Below the pieces are notes generated by a model. The model saw nothing but the letters and a program-made list of their open reading frames with translations, did no database searches and was not told the DNA's origin. The position numbers were made by a program, and so were the translations under genes. DNA of 61,568 bases, filler included, from an uncultured Rhodopirellula sp. (GTDB taxonomy: Bacteria > Planctomycetota > Planctomycetia > Pirellulales > Pirellulaceae), in NCBI GenBank assembly GCA_964007735.1. It is 5 parts of 5 records of this genome, joined end to end, with 100 filler letters (N's around TTAATTAATTAA, not from the genome) between each part and the next. Parts side by side here need not be neighbours in the genome. Positions count along the whole stretch, not along the records: positions 49,761 to 61,568 come from CAXGAI010000084.1; 4 more parts are not named here. One strand, written 5' to 3'. Positions 49,661 through 60,600 of this stretch are shown here, one piece after another. Each line of letters opens with the position of its first letter. Within the stretch, counting starts at the first letter, position 1.

Positions 49661-49760
49661 NNNNNNNNNNNNNNNNNNNNNNNNNNNNNNNNNNNNNNNN
49701 NNNNTTAATTAATTAANNNNNNNNNNNNNNNNNNNNNNNNNNNNNNNNNNNNNNNNNNNN
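49661..49760. other. Artificial contig linker
   Basis: N44-TTAATTAATTAA-N44. Confidence 0.99.
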
Positions 49761-51299
49761 CTACAGATGTTTCTCGTTATGGTGACGACTATGAGTTGGT
49801 ACATGAAACAGAAACCGGGGGAGTCCGCATTTCCATCGAACGAAGCCTATTCATGGTTTTTCGAAGAATTGGGGACTCCTGCATTCAAAGCGGACGTGCA
49901 GCACCAGGGTTTGCAACTACGTTCTCTTTCGGTGTACGCCAACCAACTAATGGGACGCATCGAAAAACAGAGGCTCAATACTGATACCGGATTATATGAC
50001 CTCACCGAGCCTCTTAAAAGTAAACAGATACTATTTGTGGACAGGCTGGAAAAGAACCAAACAGCGGCCTCCTTTCGCCCATGGACGCGTAAAGAATTCC
50101 CGCATTTGAATCGCTGGCTCGAATACAACGAACATGTGTTGACTCGTTTTCGAAGAGCCACCCTGAGGACACGATTTTACAATCCCTTGGTTAAGTCTGA
50201 GGCAGAAACGATGCAGCTGACCGCCGCTTGGGATGTTGGCTCAGGTGTTAAGATTCTTGGCCAAGCAGCGTTACTACGCGCGATGCTCCATTTGGGTGAA
50301 GGTCGGACACCCGAGGCTATTGAGGATGTGTTGGCGGTTCATCGTCTGGGACGATTGATGTACCGGAACCCGACCATAAATGGCAGTGCTTCCGGTCTTG
50401 CCACTGAAGGGCGAGCATGTAGAACCGACATGTTAATTGCACACCATGGAGAGTTGACTCTGGAGCAACTCACTAACTGGCGTCAAAGGCTGATAAATCT
50501 GGGACCGTTACCTAAATGGATGGACGCGGTCAATGTTTACGGACGCTATCAGTTTCTTGATGGAGCCCAGTCTTACATGATGTACGGCCCTAGAGGACTC
50601 GCGACGCTTTCTGGTTTGGTTGGTGTTGGGGCTAATGTTCCAGGTAGTAACTTACCCCCCAAAGAATGGTTGAAAATCCCCTTTAACCGGAGATTAGTAA
50701 ATACCATTAATTACGTCGTGGATTGGGATCAGGTTTTAGAAGAGGGGAACAATCGTATTGATTTGTTAGTCGCCGCGGGGCGAAAAAGTACTTGCGCGGA
50801 GCGTAGACAAGCAAAAGACGCATGGATTAAACAATTTTCTGCAAATCCAAGACCATCCAAGATCAATCTACCGCTTGCTAGCCTATTCGGTCCGCAACGT
50901 GATGCAGCGGTCCAACACGCCATCACAGAGTCATTTATTAACATCTTGTCTGAACTATTTCTTAGTTCATTGCCAAACGTCGTTGACTCCGACGACGAGG
51001 CTTTAATGAAGAACTATCTTGTGGGTCTATCCTTAAGCCTCGCGCATTATCGCCTGGAGCAGGGGAAGTATCCTGACAAGTTGACCGAACTGATGCCACA
51101 ATATATCGGAAAATTAATAGACGATTTCTTTGTAGAGGAGCCTCTACATTACGAACGACAGGGTACGGGCTATTTACTCTACAGCGTCGGCAAAAACGGA
51201 AAAGATGACGGCGGAGACGAACATGGTGACATTGTGTTTCATGCTCCATCGATATCCATGAAGCCCAAACCACCTCCCGGAGGCGGGGGCTTTCAATAA
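49761..51299 (+). CDS. Hypothetical helical protein with a GspG-C-like C-terminal motif, probably 5' truncated
   Basis: Frame open from the contig edge; C-terminal YR...GKYP..L.EL...D.F...L.Y...YLLYSVG.NG.DDGG. Confidence 0.7.
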   Translation, partial: LQMFLVMVTTMSWYMKQKPGESAFPSNEAYSWFFEELGTPAFKADVQHQGLQLRSLSVYANQLMGRIEKQRLNTDTGLYDLTEPLKSKQILFVDRLEKNQTAASFRPWTRKEFPHLNRWLEYNEHVLTRFRRATLRTRFYNPLVKSEAETMQLTAAWDVGSGVKILGQAALLRAMLHLGEGRTPEAIEDVLAVHRLGRLMYRNPTINGSASGLATEGRACRTDMLIAHHGELTLEQLTNWRQRLINLGPLPKWMDAVNVYGRYQFLDGAQSYMMYGPRGLATLSGLVGVGANVPGSNLPPKEWLKIPFNRRLVNTINYVVDWDQVLEEGNNRIDLLVAAGRKSTCAERRQAKDAWIKQFSANPRPSKINLPLASLFGPQRDAAVQHAITESFINILSELFLSSLPNVVDSDDEALMKNYLVGLSLSLAHYRLEQGKYPDKLTELMPQYIGKLIDDFFVEEPLHYERQGTGYLLYSVGKNGKDDGGDEHGDIVFHAPSISMKPKPPPGGGGFQ

Positions 51300-51442
51300 G
51301 CAACCGTACCAAATGTAAGTTTATGAAGCTCGGCCGCCCTCATTACTTTTCGAACTAATTTCGCCTCAGTCATCTTGAAATGCGTCCATGTTTGCAATTT
51401 AATTGCATTTGTCAAATGGCATTTAAAAACAGGGAGAAAAAT

Positions 51443-52306
51443 ATGGCACGAATCATGATCACTTTCATTGTGTTGTTACTAGCTAGCACATCCAACGCAG
51501 AAGCTAAGAAACAAAAGGCCTTGATTGTTGACGGACAGAACAACCATAACTGGAAAGGGACCACGCCGGTATTGCGGGAGTATCTGGAAGGAAGCGGCCT
51601 CTTCATCGTTGATGTGGCAACCACCGGAGATGATCCTGCCGACTTCACTCCCAATTTTTCTGAATACGACGTAATTGTTCTAAATTACAACGGAGCTGAC
51701 TGGCCCAAAGCCACCCAATCTAGTTTTGTTAAATATATTCGTGAGGGAGGCGGATTGGTGGTCTTTCACGCAGCCAACAACTCATTTCCCAAATGGAAAG
51801 AGTATAACCAAATCACCGGCTTAGGAGGTTGGGGGGGACGCAACGAAAAGGACGGCCCTTATATTCGCTATCGCAATGGCAGCATTGTTCGTGACACGTC
51901 GCCTGGCCGTGGTGGCAGCCATGGCAGACAGCATGAGTATGTCGTAGAAACGATCAACACAGAGCATCCAATCACTAAAGGATTCCCAGCCAAGTGGCGA
52001 CACGTCACCGACGAACTTTATGATAGGCTGCGCGGTCCCGCAGAAAATTTAACCGTGCTAGCAGCGGCCTACTCAGACAAGGCGACCGGAGGCACCGGAG
52101 AGTATGAACCGGTGCTATTCACAGTTACCTACGGCAAAGGCCGAGTCTTTCATACAGTAATGGGTGATAACGTAAAACAAATGAATTGCGTGGGATTCGC
52201 TGTCTCGCTTCAACGCGGTACCGAATGGGCTGCTACCGGAAAGGTAACTCAAACCATTCCAAATCATATGCCAACTGCTGAAAAAACCCTGCCGGTAAAC
52301 AAGTAG
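51443..52306 (+). CDS. ThuA-like (class I GATase-like fold) secreted protein
   Basis: Signal peptide; DGQNNHNW, GGGLVVFHAA, DELYDRLRGP, GKGRVFHT, RGTEWAA. Confidence 0.85.
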   Translation: MARIMITFIVLLLASTSNAEAKKQKALIVDGQNNHNWKGTTPVLREYLEGSGLFIVDVATTGDDPADFTPNFSEYDVIVLNYNGADWPKATQSSFVKYIREGGGLVVFHAANNSFPKWKEYNQITGLGGWGGRNEKDGPYIRYRNGSIVRDTSPGRGGSHGRQHEYVVETINTEHPITKGFPAKWRHVTDELYDRLRGPAENLTVLAAAYSDKATGGTGEYEPVLFTVTYGKGRVFHTVMGDNVKQMNCVGFAVSLQRGTEWAATGKVTQTIPNHMPTAEKTLPVNK

Positions 52307-52373
52307 TGAGCTTAACTGATCAACGTGATCGTTTGCCAGTCTACTCGAGAAATCAATTACAAGGACTATCATT

Positions 52374-53306
52374 ATGAGACGACGAGAATTCCTAACCTCA
52401 AGCACCGCAATGGCTACCATCGCCGGCGTTGCAACCTCGACCAATCCCAGCGTTGACGCCAGCAGCAAAGCCGAACCGAAAACATTCAAGTTAAATTACG
52501 CCCCCCATTTCAACATGTTTCGCAATTCAGCCGGAGAGGATCTCATCGACCAGCTTAAGTTTGCTGCAGACCATGGTTTCACAGCATGGGAAGACAACGG
52601 CATGAAAAGCCGGCCTGTGGATCTTCAGGAGAAGATCGCAAAAACGATGGAGAAGTTGGGAATGCAAATGGGGGTTTTCGTCGCGCATGGGTCGATTGGA
52701 AAATTAACCTTTGCCCGCAAGGATGAAGCCGTTTGGGACTCCGTCTTAAAAGACCTTCAGGACTCCATTGAAGTGGCAAAAAGAGTTAATGCCAAATGGG
52801 TAACGGTCGTTCCCGGAAATGTCGACGAAACAAGTCGGGATCGGCTGGCCATGGGCTATCAGACCGCGAATGTAATCGAACTTCTGCGACGTTGTGCCGA
52901 TCTGCTCGAACCCCATGGTTTGGTGATGGTACTTGAGCCGCTGAATTGGTTCGTCAATCATGGCGGTACTTTTCTAAAGGGCTCACCTCAGGCATATGCT
53001 TTATGTAAAGCCGTTGACAGCCCGTCCTGCAAAATCCTTTTTGACATCTACCATCAGCAAATCACAGAAGGGAACCTGATTTCCAATATCGACAAATGCT
53101 GGGATGAGATCGGCTACTTTCAATGTGGTGACAATCCAGGCCGTAAAGAACCCGGCACTGGCGAAATCAACTATCAAAACGTTTTTAAGTTCATCCACTC
53201 ACATGAGTTCGATGGTGTTCTGGGGATGGAACACGGCAACTCACAAAAAGGCCTAGAGGGAGAACAAGCAGTAATTGATGCCTACATCAAAGCCGATAGT
53301 TTCTAG
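52374..53306 (+). CDS. Hydroxypyruvate-isomerase-like TIM barrel, Tat-exported
   Basis: RRREFL; LEPLN, LFDIYHQQITEG, DNPGRKEPGTGEINY. Confidence 0.88.
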   Translation: MRRREFLTSSTAMATIAGVATSTNPSVDASSKAEPKTFKLNYAPHFNMFRNSAGEDLIDQLKFAADHGFTAWEDNGMKSRPVDLQEKIAKTMEKLGMQMGVFVAHGSIGKLTFARKDEAVWDSVLKDLQDSIEVAKRVNAKWVTVVPGNVDETSRDRLAMGYQTANVIELLRRCADLLEPHGLVMVLEPLNWFVNHGGTFLKGSPQAYALCKAVDSPSCKILFDIYHQQITEGNLISNIDKCWDEIGYFQCGDNPGRKEPGTGEINYQNVFKFIHSHEFDGVLGMEHGNSQKGLEGEQAVIDAYIKADSF

Positions 53307-53417
53307 TCACTAATTGTTCATACACGTAACGGTCAGTTTGATCACCAGCCGTTTGCTGGAGCGTTTGGATAGAATGTGCGGCAAAGATAAGGAGTACTCT
53401 CCTCATCGCACCAAACG

Positions 53418-54026
53418 TTACGGCTGCGTCGACAACTGAATCCGAATCAGGATTTCATTGCGCCGAAGTGGAGCGGGGGTCCATGGAGGATCATATCCGG
53501 CAAACTCGGGTTCAGCGATCATCTCGTAATGGTTATCCAGTATCCACTCTTTAAGAAGCGCACTTTGCTTGGCGATTAGCTCTTGTTCATCCCGGCCGGA
53601 AAAGCGTATGACGGCAAACAACCCTTCTGGCCTCTTGTTGAGCGTAACCCGCTTGCTCTCGGGCTGTGGAATGTTTGTTCCAGCCACTTTTTCAGGGAGC
53701 ACAAAACTCATGGCACCTTGCTCGCGTGATGACCCGGGTTGCATAATCACGGGCGTCGTCATCGCTATTTTCTGATTACTTTTATTACCACCGCTAATGT
53801 ATTGAAACAATCGACCGAAACTTCCATTATTGCCCAGGCGAGGCTGGTAGTCGGTAGTCGCCATCATAAGTTCCGGATAAGCTCTTACCTCAATGTTTTC
53901 TTCGATTTTCACGACCGAATATTTAGCCGATTCGTATGCATTTCTGGATGTCAATTTCCAACCCGCGTAAAGAAGAACTAGAGAAACAGCGGCGAACACC
54001 ATATAGACCATATTTTTCCCCGCCAT
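53418..54026 (-). CDS. SOUL heme-binding family protein
   Basis: EVRAYP, FGRLFQYISG, KIAMTTPV, YDPPWT...RRNEI. Confidence 0.9.
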   Translation of the reverse strand: MAGKNMVYMVFAAVSLVLLYAGWKLTSRNAYESAKYSVVKIEENIEVRAYPELMMATTDYQPRLGNNGSFGRLFQYISGGNKSNQKIAMTTPVIMQPGSSREQGAMSFVLPEKVAGTNIPQPESKRVTLNKRPEGLFAVIRFSGRDEQELIAKQSALLKEWILDNHYEMIAEPEFAGYDPPWTPAPLRRNEILIRIQLSTQP

Positions 54027-54222
54027 GATTCACTCTCTTATATTAGTGCTTTCCTATGAAGGGCTATCCTCAAGAACCTGTAGCACAAACACCCATCCGC
54101 CAATACCGTACGCCCACTCCAGAGTATAGGAAATCTGCGGGCCACACCCGAATTCCTGTTTAACCGATAGACGGTGCAACATCTATTGATTCCCCAAGCG
54201 GGACCGACATTTTGTCTGGAAG

Positions 54223-54645
54223 ATGATAGGGTTGCAACTAAATTTTGGCAACCGACAATTCGAGGCAAAGTTCAACGAGAAGGGTATGATCGAGCAGTTC
54301 AAACTGCTTCAGCCACTATTTAGTACCAATCTAAAGCAGGCTCTTATGTCGGAATTGGTGGGGAGTCAGCTGGTACATTTATCATTTTCAGGCAACGCGA
54401 GTAGCCCTGACCCATCAGCAAGGATGAGTTTAGTCGGCGATGAGGGACTCGAGGTGTTTGGCTCTTACCCCTTATTTAATAGGCTAAGGCCAGTTCTCGT
54501 AAAACAACTGGGGGCACATACGGGGGCAAACTTGCCGCTCAGCCAGGTTGTCGCACTTCTAATTGAACGCTGGGACTATATGACGCCTGAAGAGCAGGGG
54601 GCCATTACTAATTTATTAACACGGTCTAATGGACGAATCTCATAG
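54223..54645 (+). CDS. Hypothetical ORF overlapping an att-like site; start uncertain
   Basis: Only the C-terminal LIERWDYMTPEEQGAITNLL segment looks like a recognisable motif; the N-terminal part may be non-coding. Confidence 0.35.
   Translation: MIGLQLNFGNRQFEAKFNEKGMIEQFKLLQPLFSTNLKQALMSELVGSQLVHLSFSGNASSPDPSARMSLVGDEGLEVFGSYPLFNRLRPVLVKQLGAHTGANLPLSQVVALLIERWDYMTPEEQGAITNLLTRSNGRIS
54431..54530 (-). mobile_element. Putative att-site remnant: tRNA 3'-end fragment plus arm-type direct repeats
   Basis: Minus strand TCGAGT-CCCTC-ATCGCCG-A-CTA reads as T-loop, 3' T-stem and 3' acceptor strand, with no 5' tRNA half; GGGGGCA at 54510 and 54522. Confidence 0.5.
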
Positions 54646-54657
54646 TCCGAGGTCCCG

Positions 54658-57600
54658 TTACTCTTCTTCCTCAAACCATTCGTCGATCGTTTCCAGCCAG
54701 TCGTCGCCTGAGTCTAACTCAGATTCCTGTTCCAATCCGTTAAGCGAATCGAGCCAGTTACTTGTCGAGTCTGTCCTTAACGCATCGTCGATTAATAACT
54801 GGGTTAACTCAGCAGGAACGTGGATGTTGTTACTTTCAACCGAAGATTCCAAAGGCTCTGCGAAGTATGCCTCACCTTCTGCTTCTTCTCCCTCACCATC
54901 GGTGATCTTTAGATTAAACGCCTGATAGTTAATCTCAGAGGTCGGAACCGCGTCATTGGAACCGTATACTGCGATAGCCCGCAGATTCTGATCATCCACG
55001 GCTGCTGCGCCAAAGAGTACCTGTCCGGCTGCTGTCGCTCTAAGAGGTACGCGTGAGACAACATTCGCACCGGAACCAGTAGGACTACCACCAGCCACAG
55101 CACCCCATTCATCAATCAGGCCGTTTATACCTAAGTCTGAGTTCTTTACATTGATATAAGGATCAATAAACTGAGGGGCACCAACAACCGTAATTAGATT
55201 GGAATCGTAGTAGGCATCTGCGTAAGCCGCATAGACACCTTTAGCATCATCACGATGATCTTCGGCTGTCATTGTCAGGTAGAAGATGCTTCCAACTTCT
55301 ACTTCACTAATAACATCGCCATTAGCTGCGGTTGCCTGGACGCCGATCGTCACGGTGTAGGGAAAGACGTTGAGTTCATTGATGATCTGGATAGCATCAA
55401 CCGGGCTAATCCAGCCATCTTTACTGACGTCATAGAACGGAGGTTCTGCTGAAGAACGATCCATTGGTAATGGAACAGAACCGTGTTCGTTCAGGTAGTT
55501 AATGATATTCAGGGCATCGAGTGGTGTCGTATTACCGTCGTTGTTAACATCGGTAGGCTTGGCATAGTTATGCCAGGCGTTTTCAGGGGCTACGGTGACT
55601 GTAAAGCTATCTGAATAGGTTAGATTATCACCTGTGGTACTCAGATCATTATCAAGGCCGCCATCTTCGACGGTGACCGTGATGGTTGATGTTCCAGTTA
55701 AGTGTGCAGACGGAGTAAAGCGAAGCGAAGCGTTAGAATCACCCTGATTATAAGTGATTGCAGGGGTCGGAATTAACTCTGCGTTGCTACTGGTTACACT
55801 AAAGCTCAATGGCTGAGTCTCCAGCGGGCCCGAGGTAATCTCAGCGACTTGAACCTGAATCTCACTGCTGTTTTTTTGGATCGCAAAGGATTCCAACTCA
55901 GCAAAGACCGGGGGATCGTTGATTGCCTGGATGGTGAAGGCAAACGTTCGACTACTAACTTTATTATCTGCCGCGGTTTCAAAGCTATTGTCCAGACCAG
56001 CGTCCTCGACAATCACGGTGATGTCTGATGTGCCATATTGATTGGGAACTGGAGTAATATCCAATGAGGCATTGGCTGCGCCAATCGTGTGGTCAAGTGC
56101 CCAACTGGTAAATAGGCTTTCATTCGACACAGAGCCTGTCAGTCGTGTTTTTTGATTCTCACCACCGCCTGCGTCGATTCCGGTTATTGTAATGCTCTTT
56201 TGCAGTGTATCTTCAGGGATCGAAACATCAGCAACTTCCCCTATGACAGGTGAATCATTCACCGCATTGACGGCAATCGTAAAGGTTTGTGTTGTCGTTT
56301 GATTGTCACCGTCCGTACTAAAATCATTATCCAGTCCGGCATCTTCGGCCGTGACGGTAATCGTCGCTGTTCCTGACTGATCGGCAACCGGTGTAAAGTT
56401 AATCGTTCCCACCGAGTCCGCACTGCTGTAAGTAACGCTCGGGTCAGCAATCAGCGCTGTGTTACTGCTTGTACTGGTGACTCGTAAGCTTTGTGATTCT
56501 CCGCCGCCGGCGGTAATACCGGCCAGATCAACCGTTTGCTGTGGACTATCCTCATCCACAGAGAGATTATTAAGAGAGCCAAGCGTTGGAGCATCATTGA
56601 CCGGCGTCACCTCCACTTCGAATGTCTTAGAGACTTTCAGATTATTGCCTGTTGTGCCCAGGTCATTGTCCCTCCCTGCATCCTCTACCGTGACGGTAAT
56701 CGTGGTGACTCCGTATTGGTCAGCCTGGGGGCTAAACCGCAACTTGCCGGTGGCGTTGGCGGACGTATAGTCCACCTCAGGCGTGGCGATTAACCCGGTG
56801 TTAGCACTGACCGCGGTCACCCGTAAGGTTTGATCTTCTCCGCTACCGGCAGTAATGCCTGTTAAATCGATCGTTTGTATACCGCTGTCCTCAGCTATCG
56901 TGAGATCCGACGGAGTATCAAGTGTCGGGCTCTCATTACCGCGAACCACGGTGACTACGAAGGTTTCTGTGGTCGTCTGGTTGTCACCGGCTGTTTCCAG
57001 GTTGTTGTCGAGGCCGCCATCTTCCACGGTGACGGTCATCGTGGTCGAGCCGATCTGAGCAATCAGAGGCGTAAACTTCAACTGGCCAACTTCTTCAGCA
57101 CTAGTGTAAATAACCGTCGGATTAGCAATCACATCGTCGTTACTACTAATAGCAGTTACACGTAGTGGCTGGGATTCCACAGGACCTGCTGTGATTCCGC
57201 TAAGTTCCACCGTGGTGATGCCAAACTCATCTATTACCGTCAGGTTATCAATCGCATTGATCGTCGGAGCGTCGTTAACGGCACCTACCGTCACGTTAAA
57301 TGATTGAGTGTAAGACAGATTGTCTGACGAGGTACTTAAATCACCATCAAGACCACCATCTTCCACCGTCAGCGTGACAGTCGCTGTACCGTACTGGTTA
57401 GCTACCGGAGTAAACTTGAGGGTGCCTGTAGCTTCACCGCTGGTGTACTGAATCGTTGGATGAGCAAAAAGATCTGTATCACTGCTAACAGCGGTGACAC
57501 GCAAAGGCTGAGTTTCACCACCTCCTGCATGAATGCCAGTCAGAGCAACGGTTTGTTCACCTGCATCTTCATTCACGGCCAGATCAGCGACTACATCCGC

Positions 57601-60600
57601 ACCAGGCGTATCGTTTACCGCAGCAACGGTCACGACAAAGCTTTGTGAGAAGCTGGCATTATCAGCTGTAGTATTAAAATCGTTATCGAGCCCGGCATCT
57701 TCGACCGTGACCGTAACTGTCGCTGTTCCTGACTGATCGGCAACCGGTGTGAACTTGATGGTACCTGTCGGATCAGCACTGCTGTAGGTTACCGTAGGGT
57801 TTAACAGCAGTGAAGGATCACTGCTAAGGGCAGTGACTCTCAGGTTTTGTGATTCTTCAGGGCCTGCAGTAATGCCTGCCAGGTTTACCGTTTGCTCAGC
57901 AGCATCTTCACTCAAGTTTACATCCGGGAGACTATCGAGCGTGGGCTGGTTATTCACCTCGGTAACAATGTAATTAAAGCTGACACTCGCGGTTTTATTG
58001 TCTGCAGAGGTGTTTAGATCATTGTCCTGACCACCGTCGGTTACCGTGACTGTGATTACAGAACTGCCATGCTTATATTCAGTGGGGGTCAGCGAGAGCA
58101 GGCCTAAAGAGGCAGGGGAACTGTAATCCACACGAAGATCGGCAAGCAGCTCAGAGTTCGTGGAACTGACGCTCACACTCAGTGGTTGCTCTTCATTGGC
58201 TCCGGCCGTAATCCCCGTCAGGCTGATCTTAGTTAAGCCGCTACCTTCAGCCACGGTTAACTCATCAAGAGGCCCGATCGTTGGTACGGACTGACCGGCG
58301 AGCATAAAGTCCACGTTCGTGCTATCAGCGTCACCGTCAACGGTTACCGAGTGAGATACGGCGCCCATTCGGTTATCAAGAATCGATAGCTGATTAGCAT
58401 CCGAGTTGGTAACAATCAGTTCGCTGAACCCGTTACCGTCCAGGTCACCTGAAGTAACCCCAAAGGGCAGGGAATTGGCGAAGTTACCCACGCCATAGCC
58501 TTCCGGAGCGCGGAAGGTTCCATTGCCGTGGTTTTCAAGGACTGTCACACTCTTACTGTTACTGCTGGCAACAGCAAGGTCTAAGTCTCCATCCGCATCA
58601 ATATCCACGAGTTCTACAGCGGTTGGCCCTTTACCTACACTGACAGACTGTGCTGCCAAGAAGCCTCCTGAGCCATTCGCCAGGAGGATCGAGATATCTT
58701 CTCCCAGAACATTCGTCACAATCAGGTCGTCACGGTCGTCTCCACTGATGTCGCCAGCGGCAATCGCATAGGCTCCACTACCGGTCGCCAGTGTAGCACC
58801 AAGGCTGAACACACCACTGCCATCGTTGGTAAGCAGCGTGATACTGTTATCCATTAGGTTAGTGACCGCTAAATCACGGTCACCGTCATCGTCATAGTCG
58901 ATGACCGCTGCATTCTGTGGGCTATTGCCTGCCGCGTAATCTACTCTGGCATTGAAGTCGCCGTTTTCAGTCGCTGTAAAGACATTGATCTTACCGGCGT
59001 ATTCACTCGTTACTACCAGATCCTGCCGGTTATCACCGTTCACGTCCACGACCGTAATACTCGTCGGCTGGAAATCCGTTCGTTTATTGATTGCGGTGGC
59101 AAACGTACCATCCCCCTGTCCAGCCAATAAACTCATCGTCGTACTATTAAGGTTGGAAACAGCTAGGTCGATGTTGCCATCACCGTTATAGTCTAAAGCA
59201 ACGATCCCCGAAGGGGTTGAGCCCACGGCGAATTTAGTCTCGTTGGTATAGCCACCTTTACCATCGTTTAAGAGAACAGAGATGTTATCCGCATCACCAT
59301 TAGCCAGTACCAGATCTAAGTGCTCATCGCTGTTCACATCCACGGTCACGACCGTTCGGGGACCATTACCGACCGTGATCTCAGAGGCTTGCAACTTACG
59401 ACCCACAGGACTGGTCTGTTTTAAGCTGCCTTCGGCAACCAGTGATACGCGGTAGTTATCAGCCGAAAGACCGTTAAACAGGTAGGTTCCTGCTTCGTTG
59501 TCCTGCGTATTCGTATCATCGGCCAGGGTAACCCGTACAGGTTCACCTTCATCAAGACGACTATTGTTATTTAAGTCGACATAGACTGTTCTTCCGGGAA
59601 GGCCGATATCACCGGCATCGAAGATGTTATTAGTATTCGAGTCCTGATAGATTCGGCCGCTGATATTTGAATCACTACTGGCACCACCCAGACTGGCGGA
59701 GTCAATGTTCCCAAAGTCCAGACCTGTGACGGTCTCACCGGCACCCGGGGTTATCTGCCAGCCTTTATCTGCGGTGGCTAGTACAGGCGAGTCAAACGAG
59801 ACTTCCCAACTGGTCGCCTGGGTTAAATCGAGCGTATCGACCGCATAAAGCTTCTCACTACCGAACCATAGTCCGGCAGGCGAGCCAAAACGGCTGTCGC
59901 TGACCAGTAGCGTCGGCTCTCCGCCTGCTTTAGCCAGTTCATAGATCTGATGTGCACTGCTAAAGAGTACTTTATCACGTCCTACCGTAATGCCTTTGGC
60001 ATATTCGGCTTGTTCACCGCTGTAGAGTGTCGTCCAGCTATCACCATCAAGCGGCAGGGAGGCAATCACTGCCGGTGTATCATCGAATCCTTCTAATCCC
60101 GCATCTGCCAGATAGACCGTATTGTTGCTTGCAACAATACTACTGTTATGGTGACGTCCGCTACCGGCTTCGTAGCGTGCTGCGCCTACCTTCACAAGTT
60201 CATTGGCCAGTTCTCCGGCTTTAAGGAGCCAGAGTTGGCCTTGTTCACCGTCCATAATAAGAAGTTCGGTCTTCTCATCGGCCGTTTGTAAGAACTCAAT
60301 ATCAACAGGGTTAGTAAGCTGGTCATCTTCTGAGGTTCGTGGGTATACCACGGTGGTGGAAGAATCACCTGCTCCTCGCTTTAGAATCACGGGGTCGCCG
60401 AATCTGTCAGCATCAATCCAGTACGCGCTCTGGCCATCGGTCGTCACGGCCTGCGGCTGGTTCGTATTGGTGAGTGTTTGGGTAAGATCTGTCTCAGCGC
60501 TGTAATGGAACAGTTCGGCTGAGTTATAACCACTTCCGTCATGATCGCGGCCTATAAAGTAGAAGTCACCTTCTGCCGTACCGGTTAAGTCGTACAGATT

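Noticed and set aside
54431..54500. Intact tRNA gene
   Set aside because: Only the 3' ~22 nt resemble a tRNA; no D arm, anticodon arm or 5' acceptor strand can be folded.
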